From: Takakia lepidozioides
Lineage: Eukaryota; Plantae; Bryophyta
Assembly (NCBI GenBank): GCA_030704615.1
Contig: CM060732.1
Span: 7,626,001 to 7,690,000, forward strand
DNA length: 64,000 nt
Direction: 5' to 3'
In this document: piece after piece, positions 37,580-46,630 of the stretch
Layout: every line of letters starts with the position of its first letter
How positions within the stretch are numbered: position 1 is the first letter of the stretch
Notes under the pieces: generated by a model
Database searches by the model: none
What the model was told of the DNA's origin: nothing
Seen by the model: the letters and a program-made list of their open reading frames with translations, nothing else
Position numbers and translations under genes: made by a program

Positions 37580-38030
37580 GACACCTGGAGTTGTCTTGTT
37601 AGACAACCAGGATGGCATTTTCACTTTGAGTGGACCGGCAGGCAAGAAGTACCAGCCACTACGGGTCTTGTTGGACTCGAGAGCTCAGCCACTGATGTTG
37701 GGCAGAGCTGCTATTGCAGGTTTGGGCATCATGGAGGCGGATATGGAGCCTTGTAATTTCCAGATACAGACATCTCTGGGAGGATCAGAGCAGGCTCGGG
37801 GCATGACACGGCGTGAGTTGGCCATTGGACTACAGCCGGATCATCCTACAGATGGCTCAGTGATGCGAGCCAAGGCCATTGTGACAGACGCGGTCTCGTA
37901 CGATGTCCTGGTTGGTGGGGCAATGTTGTACCCCATGGGCTTCACCCTGGATTTTTGGGAGGAGTCAGCTTCCTATAGGCCTGGATGGCAGTCAGGGGAT
38001 GGTCGACGTGCACAGCTCCCTGTGACATTC
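37580..38030 (+). pseudogene. Aspartic protease domain
   Basis: RVLLDSRAQPLMLG (DSG>DSR) and YDVLVGG flap/C-terminal motif. Confidence 0.75.
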
Positions 38031-38384
38031 ATTGGGGGTATTGCGGCTGCCCAGCAGGGCAAGATGCCAACACTAGCCGCCTTTACGGCTGCAGTTAGTT
38101 GGCCTGGAGAGTTGCTGGCAGGCAATGCCCATGCAAAGGATGTGCCACCTCCAGCAGAGCAGGATGACATGCATGGTACGGCGGAGTTGCCTGCCATGGT
38201 TGCTCACACTCCATTGTGGGGTACGGGCAAAGATTTGCAGCAGGCTGCTGATGGACGGGTGCAACAAGCCTGGGTGGACGCTTTCGTACCGTCAGGAGAG
38301 GAGGAAAGTGCGGTGATTACACCAGGACCACCTCAGTTGTCGCCATTGGACACTACACCTCTTGTGTGGCAGTGCCCGGATGAA

Positions 38385-39340
38385 GGCATATGCCTTTTGG
38401 ACTTGTTTGGCGGGATCAGCACTGGATTGGCTGCAGTGCTGCAGGCAGGTATACGAGTTCAACGTTACCTGTATGTGGAGAGGGATGAGACTGCACGACG
38501 CGTCTCACTGCGCAATGTTGCTCAGTTGGTACAACAGTACCCTGATTTGTTGCCAGTGTCTGCAGTTCGTGGATACCAACAAGCCTTGCCAGCAGACATT
38601 TCGTTGCTGGGGGCGCAGATTTGGAGCAGGTTGGCTCCATTGATCTGGTAGTGGCAGGTTGGCCCTCCCAAGGGCATTCATCAGCCGGGCATGGCAATGG
38701 ATTGCGAGACTCAAGGACAGGTCTGTTTTGGGAGATGGTGCGGGTTTTGCACCACTTTCAGCTTCATCAAGCTGTATCTCCAGCATACATCTTGGAGAAT
38801 GTGCCACTGATGGGCGATTCTCGGGCCAGGGTGATGGCCAGTGTGCATCAAGTCCGGTCGTGGCTTGGGTCAGCAGTGTTCTGGATGCAGCTGCAGTGGG
38901 GTCACGGGCTCATCGTCCACGGCTATGGTGGACTAACTTGATGCCATCCGCACTGCTCAAGCGTGCATTTGATGGGGTGCAGCGGCCAGCACACCTCACA
39001 GTGGATAGCATTTTGGACACAGGGAGGCAGTCTCAACGTGTGAGACACAATTACCGTTCGCCTTTGGCAGTGGTCAACAGGGTGGGTCAACCACGAGCAT
39101 TACCTACACTGCTCAGCTTCCCAGGATCCCATGCTTTTTGGGATGGTGGACCTGGCCTCTTGTGGGATAGCCAGTTGCAACAATTAGTGGAGCCCAATGC
39201 TAACGAGCGCGAGCGGGCGATGGGTTTTTCCACTGGGACCACGGCGGTGCCTTCTCTTTCTGAGGCATCACGTCGTCAGGTGTTGGGGCAAGCAATGGAT
39301 CTCAATTGCTTGACCTGCATTATCAGCTTGGCTATGGCTG
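38385..39340 (+). pseudogene. DNMT3-like DNA (cytosine-5) methyltransferase domain inside pol
   Basis: Motif I LLDLFGGIS, II YVERD, III ADI, IV DLVVAGWPSQ (PCQ>PSQ), VI YILENV, VIII HRPRLWWTNL, IX ERERAMGF, X RRQVLGQAM; two frameshifts. Confidence 0.9.
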
Positions 39341-39756
39341 AGCAACGTAGAGTACGGAGTGCACTTCCCTTGACAGTCTCTCTGCCTACCGAGACGGTAC
39401 AGGCAGCGAGTGGGGGCGAGCCGGTGAGGACCACGGGGTGTAGACATCCATGGCACACGTGGGAGGTGCTCGAGGTTCAGAGGGAGTTGGCAGCCAAGGC
39501 AGCTGTGATGGATGAGGTAGGGGATTCTTCTCGGGTTGATGAGGTCCTCAAGGATGAGATGATGGGGCAGGATGAGGCCCTGTCATTGACTGAGCAGGCA
39601 GGGAGCACTGCTCAAGAGGTTGCAGCATAGCAATCACGGGACGCGTCTTCTACCTCTAAGCCTGCTGGACTCAAGGTTGCAGTCACGGAGGACAACTGGG
39701 AGCCTGATGTTGGACCTATAGTCACCAGAGGAGAGAGACAACGTATATGGCGGTTC

Positions 39757-40290
39757 TTGAGGGCTTACAGGAACTGCTTTGCCTTCAGTTTGAAGGACTT
39801 ACAAGCACTGAAGGGTCAAGAGATTCGCATTGAATTGGCTACTGACACGCCAATCTTTCGGAGACCCTATAGATACAGTGACATGGAGAGGTCCTTGATT
39901 CAGATGAGATCTCAGGACCTTTGGGAGGCTGGTTTGGTGGAGCTATCTGGGGGAGAGTATGCTTCAGCCACAGTGATGCCAGCCAAGAAGGATGTCTATG
40001 GCAATTGGACGGAGAGACGTATGTGCGGTGATTACCGGCCTGTAAATCGTCAGACCAAGTCTGATAGGTATGCCATGCCAACACCAGAGGAGATCTTTGA
40101 TGCCATTGGGCATGCCAAGGTCTTTAGCACGTTGGATTTACGATCCGGATATCACCAGTTGCCGATCAAAGAGGCGGATAAGCAAAAGACGGCATTCTGG
40201 GGATCAATGGAGCACGAGGGGAAGGATTGCCTATACCAGTGGCGTTCTTACCATTTGGGCTTAAAAACGCTCCTGCTGAGTTTCAAAGAG
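39757..40290 (+). pseudogene. RT N-terminal half (truncated after motif B)
   Basis: [52 protein letters not shown], then an abrupt jump to integrase. Confidence 0.88.
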
Positions 40291-41111
40291 CACTTCTTGG
40301 GATCATCCTGAGGCCGATGGCTTGGCGCAGAGAGTTGTTCAGACAGTAAAGAGGGGTTTGCGCAAGTATGGCTTGCAGAAGGGACACCTAGGAGATTAGG
40401 ACCTTCAGTTACCCTGGTTAGCCATGGGCTACAGGTTCATCAAGCAAGCATCACTTGCCTCCTTCTCACCATACTTTCTTCTCTTTGGCCGAGAGCCGGA
40501 TTTGCCTACATCCATTCGCAGAGAAGCTGCTACAGTTCTTAACCTTGACGATCCGGACGTGTGGGCACGTGCATGTGAGCAGCGTGCAGAGTTGTTCAAG
40601 AAAGTAATGCCCATGGCTTTCAAAAACCTTGTCATTGCACAACATCGTGATACGTTGAGGTATGCTACCATACGTGGTGGGGGCTATCGTCCTGGGGTTC
40701 GGAGATTCAACCCTGGTGACTATGTCTATCTGCAGCAGACTACTCCTACGACCTTGGATGTGACTGCAGGACGTGTTATTTTGAGGGTTCGAGAGGTCTT
40801 GCCCTCAGGCGTCTTGGTCTTGGAGGGTCGGGATGGCATAACTTGGAAGGACCATGTGCGTAATGTGTGCGCCATGTCACCTTCCGAATGTCGATGGCAG
40901 GATTGACCCAAACCTGGCAGTGGTATCTGCAAGTTTGAGATGCATGTTGTGTGGGTCTGCTAAAGGGGCAGCCACCATGCTGGTGTGTGATCGATGCTCT
41001 AGAGGTTGGCATATGGGATGTTTGACTCCACCTCTTGAGATGGTTCCGGATGGGGATTGGTTATGTTCACATTGCATTGGAGTGGGAATGGATACAACCA
41101 TGGAAGGCTAA
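40291..41111 (+). pseudogene. Integrase C-terminal part plus PHD finger
   Basis: HPEADGLA.RVVQTVK, FSPYFLLFGREP, FNPGDYVYL; CMLC...MLVCDRCSRGWHMGCLTPPL..VPDGDWLCSHC (C4HC3). Confidence 0.88.
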
Positions 41112-41331
41112 CAAGAAACGCAAGGCCCAACTACTAGGAGACCTTGAACACACGAGGTCCTGGCTCAAGTTCACAGATTGCAAGACGGCGACTAACGATG
41201 GGGCTACTCTTGTACCCGGCCTCTTGGTCTATAGAGTTTGAGTACAATAGGGACAGTGATAGAGGACTTAGTACGGCTGTGGCTATTACATCTTGTAGCT
41301 ATCTGGAGGTAGAGGGACCTATCCACCAGCT

Positions 41332-41341
41332 AGGGGGGCGA
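41332..41341 (+). other. Polypurine tract preceding repeat B1
   Basis: AGGGGGGCGA followed by T-TGTGGCAG. Confidence 0.65.
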
Positions 41342-41424
41342 TTGTGGCAGACTACTTTATTGTGCATATATGTGTGGTGTGGTTTGGACAACAATGTAGT
41401 TGTGTAGCGATACGTATGCGCACG
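41342..41424 (+). repeat. Repeat B1 (~83 bp)
   Basis: One mismatch to 42348-42430. Confidence 0.9.
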
Positions 41425-41997
41425 GGTGGGCCTGTCGGCGCCTGTGGCTGACCTCCATACCTACGATATTTAATGGCGCAGTTGTGCATTAAATGTTCTC
41501 TACCGTCGATTTGAACCGGATGTTCCACAAGGATTCCGCGCTTGCTTCCCGGATACGCCTTCAACACCTGATGTGATGCTTGGCTGAAATTCCATTCCAG
41601 GCATGTACGCACACATACCTCGGGAGATATTTTCTTTTGTTGGGACTTATGCCGCGTGGAGAAGGGCGTGGCTCTCGTGAGAGAAACCCCACACCCAGAC
41701 CACGGCGGAAGCTGAAGCCTTTGTACTACGGGCGGCGTCCAACCTCTCGCATGGCCAAACTGAAGCTCCAGCAGGAGATCCCATTGTCTTGCTCACAGCC
41801 CACGCCAACTGAAGCCGAGCACTCTCAGGCAAGCCTCTTCCTCTTTCGCTTTGTGTAACAGGTGCGGTCTTCCTCGCTTTTTTTTTGTTTGTTTTGGCAT
41901 CTTCAGCCTGGCAGTCCTAGAAGTGCATGGTTGCACCGCAAAAGCACGAGTTGGTGAGATGAATGATCAAGGTCAGAGGGGTTAGAAAGGAGCCAGC

Positions 41998-42347
41998 TGT
42001 CAAGTTAAATAAGCACAGTGTGAAACTAACTAGAATAAAGCTAGTTATTTGTATTTAACACTTGGATTTAGGTCAAGTGTTAAATCAGGTGTCAAGTTTA
42101 GTTTGACACCTGAACCGTCTTATCTTCACGAGAGCGTCAATCGCGCAGCTCATCTCTCTCGAGTTGAGCCTGCGTGACCGAGCTCCTTCATCGTTTAGAA
42201 CTGAGTGTGCTTATGATGGGAGGATAGGTTGATGTGGGGTGGAGTCCCCATAGCTTGGGGTGCCCCTGGCTCGACTATTATCTTAAAGAGTGATAGCGAT
42301 GGATTTCATGTTTCTTGTGTGAACAGTGTGTTCTTAGCTTTCTATCA
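41998..42347 (+). repeat. Terminal repeat A2
   Basis: Copy of 30607-30956. Confidence 0.95.
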
Positions 42348-42433
42348 TTGTGGCAGACTACTTTATTGTGCATATATGTGTGGTGTGGTTTGGACAACGA
42401 TGTAGTTGTGTAGCGATACGTATGCGCACGACA
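42348..42433 (+). repeat. Repeat B2, right end of the insertion
   Basis: Copy of B1 ending in CACGACA, followed by the TSD AAGG. Confidence 0.9.
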
Positions 42434-44268
42434 AAGGTGGCACACAACAAGTCTCTGGAGGAGCTGAAGGGGAAAGCCAAGAAGAGGGCTGCTGCTACAG
42501 AGCCTAAAGACACCCCTGGTTTGGAAGCCATGATGGAATTCTTCACGGCTGTGAGCACGGATTGCAAGAGCACTCGGGGGGGGGGGGGGGGGGGGGGATG
42601 AATAGATTCTGGATGGGGAGCTGGATGGGACCCACCTGGAACAGGTTACGGAGGACTACTAGAGAGAGCGGGTTTGGGCTGGCGGGGATGCTCCTGGATG
42701 ACGGTGGATGTATGGTGGTCCTTGCCATAAGAGGGAAGACCACAGAGAATGTTGTGGCAAGTGGACACCAAAGTGTCACCCCGGTCCTCCTGAAAAAATG
42801 GTTCTGCATCAATACGCAGGGGTTGCGAACAGAGGGCCAGAGTGTAAGTTATCAATCTATTGCATTCACTTCATATTGTGGTGTATCTAAACTAGACCCT
42901 GGAGTGGATCCCTCTTTTGTTGGATGTGCAGACATTGGTGTTTGAGGCATATTGTTTTGTGAAGAGAGGGTCTACGTTCAAATTCCGCAATGACGGTCGT
43001 ATTGTTGATGCCGCTGTGGACCCTGTTACCTACGATGTCCTCTACAACTATGTGCCCCAATCCAGTATGCCGAAGGACACAAAGACAGGCAAACCGTGGC
43101 GGTACAGCCGTCCAGTGTGTGAATGAGAGTTTCTTGGCGGCTTTGGATGGACGGGCAGCCAAGTTGGCAGACATGAAGACCATGGAGGGTCTGAAGGGCA
43201 GAGCACTGAAGAAGGCGGCTGCTGAAGAGCCTTCCGACACCCCTGGGTTTCTGAAGATGGTCTCGTTCTTTGAGAGGGTGTGTGCAGACAAGGATTGCAG
43301 GAGGGGCGGAAATGCCACCGAGTGGTCTTGCGATATGATCATCTTGGATATTCTGGACGGAGAGCCTGTGGAAGGACTGCAAGCTTTGCCATCTTGGAAC
43401 AGGTACTCCGAGGACTTTTGGAAAAAAGGATTTGGGCTCGCCCGCATGGTGTTGGACGACAGAGGCTGTGTGGTTGTCCTGGCGAGCAGAGGCAAAAACA
43501 CGCAGATAGGAATTGCGAAGTGGACCCGCAAGAGCGCCGTCCCAATTCTGAAGAAGAAGTGGACGTGCATCAACACATTGGGCCTTCGGTTGGAAGGGAA
43601 GAAGGTAATTACGACATTGGCACTCGTCCTTTCATTTTCTTAGGAGTTTTGAAATGCGGTGCCGCATTCGATTTCTAATCGTTCCCCACTGTGTATGCAG
43701 ACGAAGCAGTTCGATGCATACTGCTTTGTGAAGGAGAACTCCACCTTTGCTTTCCGGAAGGAGGGATTGTTGGTTGACCCGAACTGCGACCCCATCGATT
43801 ATGACGTCCTGTTCAACAACGTTCCCACGGAACTTCTCCCTCATAGCCTCACTTCAACTAAACCTTTGCGATATTCATGGACTCGGAGCCATGCCTTCAT
43901 TCAGACAATTATGGAGACATGCACTGACGTGGAGGGCACAGTGCTCGACCTCATCTGTGGTAGGTATGCAGAATCTTGTTCTATGTTGTTCTGCAAATTC
44001 TCGTTATGCTTTAAGTTCGCAACATCTGAAGGGCCATGTCATAATGTGTGGATGGCATTGTAACAGGTGCCTCAATGTGGGCTGGGCGGTTTTCCGACCG
44101 GCACCCTCTTTGCCTACGAGGAGGACACATCCGTTCTGGGGATCCCATTTGGAAGGGCTGCAACGGAATGTGAAGGCCCCATCGAAAGCCAAAGACTCCT
44201 CGGATTCGTTGGAGTTGGAGGAAGAGACAGTGGACATTGATGCCGAGGAGAACCCGGAATACGAGTGA
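42434..44268 (+). pseudogene. Tandemly duplicated beta-class (N6-adenine/N4-cytosine) DNA methyltransferase-like domains, spliced
   Basis: Two paralogous modules with introns at equivalent positions (42844-42931; 43605-43700). The second module reads CDMIILDILDG (motif IV position), FGLARMVLDDRGCVVV, RSHAFIQTIMETCTDVEGTVLDLICG (X/I), and after an intron GASMWAG...DRH..FAYEED (I/II; needs frameshift correction). Confidence 0.6.
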
Positions 44269-46003
44269 GTGCAAACATTGTAAGTTTGCAAAGCCTTCTG
44301 GGTGATTTTTTGTCAAACGCATTTCCGGACTGTGGTTCTCATTGGTCTCGTTGGTGATTGTTATGTGCAAGATTCCAGGATCCGGGTCGAAACATGTAGG
44401 GCCTACACTTCCTGCCAGGAAGAATGTCCCGTTCTTTGCGAGGGGCGACTTCATGACAAGCCCGGTGAAGGACTACTCCCTTCCTAGTTATGCAGCTAAA
44501 CTCGCAAATACAGCGATTAGACGATGTGAGAATCCCAGTAAAGTAGAGCAGATTTTGGAGAGGGCTAGGGAGGACAGAAGGATAAGGAAAGAGTTGGCAA
44601 CAGCTGAGACAGGTAGACGGGTGCGAAAGTTCATATGTGATTCAGCGGATGATAGCGATGCAGACAGGGAGGACGACGAGCCAACGGAGGTGAGATGGTC
44701 GGTTCCGCAAGGTGAAGATGGGATTTTCGAAAGCCTGGCCAACGAGCAGTCCGCTGGAGATGAGAAAGGCAATGACGGGGTGGAGGCGAAGCAGACAGTC
44801 AAGGACATGACGAATAGTGATGATTTTCAAGATTAATAAATTTTAATGAACTCTCTGTACATTTAAATTCTATTCCAGAGTATATAAAGGAAATTCTCCC
44901 CGTCCTTCATGTCCCCTCTACTCGGTTTGAGCAATTGAAATTCGGGAATGAGCACAGAATTATAATGAGGCGTGAGGCCAAACAGAGAATTGTGAAAGGC
45001 AGAGTAGGCAAGTTCGTCGTAGAATCCGCGTCCGAGAGCGAGGGGGATGATGAGGACAGCTCAGCACCCAGGTGGACAGTTCCGGCTGGTGAGGATGGTA
45101 TTTTTGAGGGGAGGGCTTCTCAGAGTAACAGCGGTAGCGGCAGTGCAGGTTCGGAGGCAGGTGGAAGGCAGCCATCCTTGCATGAGGCGGGGATGCATCG
45201 GACAGTGATCGCGGATCCTCACCATAGCAAAGTCTCATTTGGATCCTTTTGTTGTACAGTTCTGAAACACTTAATGAAAATATTGACGATTTCAAAAATC
45301 ATTGTGTTCAGACTGCATGTCCGATTCCCTACATTTCTTCCGACAACCTAAATGTATAATAAAAGCAGAAGAGACGCAAACTTAAGTAAAGAACCCTACA
45401 AGTAAATTATGCACACCAGCGAGCCTTCAAGCCATGAAAACCCTGCCGTTTCTAACATTCCTATTAGGAATTTCTGCGTCGAAATAGCCCAGTGTGCGCC
45501 TTCATAATATGGGCCTTATAAAATTCCTGGAAGGAATTACTGCACCAAAATATCACGATGGAAGCCTTCAGCACAAGGCACTTCAGCACATTCCACTAGG
45601 GTATTTCGGCGCCGAAATAGCCCGCTCTGCGCCATAAAATACCGCAGTATATCACATTTTAAGAGGAGATTTCGGCGCCGAAATACCACTTTAGCACACT
45701 GCTCTTGGGAATTTCGGCGCCAAAATACCAAGGTCGGTGTTTTTAGGACAGCGGTGGTTTTAGCACAATTTCTTCCCGTAATGTCGTGACACCTTCTCTG
45801 TCGAGCCCCTTCAAGCCCCACTCATTTTCGATCATCTGTGTGGGTAGCCGTTGCTGGCCAATGGGGGCACGTATTGCCGTTGCCCTAGAGAAGATCACCT
45901 GATAAGGTTTTCCGCATTGGGTTTTCTATGTTTGCATCTCCTTCTTTAAAAACAACAGTGATTACTTGTCCCTCTCCATTCCTGGTGGGCGCACACTTCC
46001 TCA

Positions 46004-46630
46004 ATGCCGCCCTGCGTAAGTGCATTCTGCATTCGACGGAGCGGGATTCGAGGATCGCGATTGCGTGAGCCGGTGATGGGAGACATTATGCTGGAGTTGG
46101 ATTTCACTGAAGGTACACGCAGGGTGACGAGTTTCCGAGCACTTCTGTGGGATTCTCTTTGGGTGAGGCCTGCCAGTGGACAACAGTGGATAATTGTTGT
46201 GCGAGATAGACCTGGAAGACGGAATGTTCGTCTCTTCATCATGAGATGTTGCTGCGGCGAGTTCTGGAGGTCTTACTACCATAACTATACTGCACCTCCA
46301 CAGTATTTGCTCCCGGATAGGGCTCTTGAGTTGCTCACTCACTCTTCTGGGCCAGGGAATATATTGTTGACACTAAGGGAGAATCGGAACAGGTTTGTCC
46401 TAGATGTTTGCGAATTTCACGACGTTGTGGAGGAGGTCCCAATAGGAGGCCTCCAATATCTGCATGTTTTCACGAACGTGACCTCTATAGATATCTTGTA
46501 TCTTTATGTTCGCCATCTTAATCCAGAAAACGGCAATGCGCAGTGGACAAGTACCGCACTACTCCTAATTCTGGACCTGTGGTTCGACGACTCAGTGGTT
46601 CGTGTTGTGAATGTCAACGCAGCAGCATAG
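46004..46630 (+). CDS. Unknown protein (208 aa), cargo of the MULE-like element
   Basis: Intact ATG-initiated ORF; no recognisable motif. Confidence 0.4.
   Translation: MPPCVSAFCIRRSGIRGSRLREPVMGDIMLELDFTEGTRRVTSFRALLWDSLWVRPASGQQWIIVVRDRPGRRNVRLFIMRCCCGEFWRSYYHNYTAPPQYLLPDRALELLTHSSGPGNILLTLRENRNRFVLDVCEFHDVVEEVPIGGLQYLHVFTNVTSIDILYLYVRHLNPENGNAQWTSTALLLILDLWFDDSVVRVVNVNAAA

Larger units (their letters stand above)
30607..42433 (+). mobile_element. Ty3/Gypsy retrotransposon encoding a C5-cytosine methyltransferase and a PHD finger; internally deleted
   Basis: Termini TGTC...GACA; AAGG TSD at 30603-30606 and 42434-42437; gag-PR-DNMT-RT//IN-PHD order. Confidence 0.9.

Noticed and set aside
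30607-42433. DIRS/Ngaro tyrosine-recombinase element
   Set aside because: It has an aspartic protease, DDE-integrase remnants and a TSD, and no YR motifs were seen, despite the split repeats.
42576-42598. Poly-G run as a G-quadruplex or Gly linker
   Set aside because: It coincides with a frameshift relative to the paralogous module; likely slippage or a sequencing artefact.
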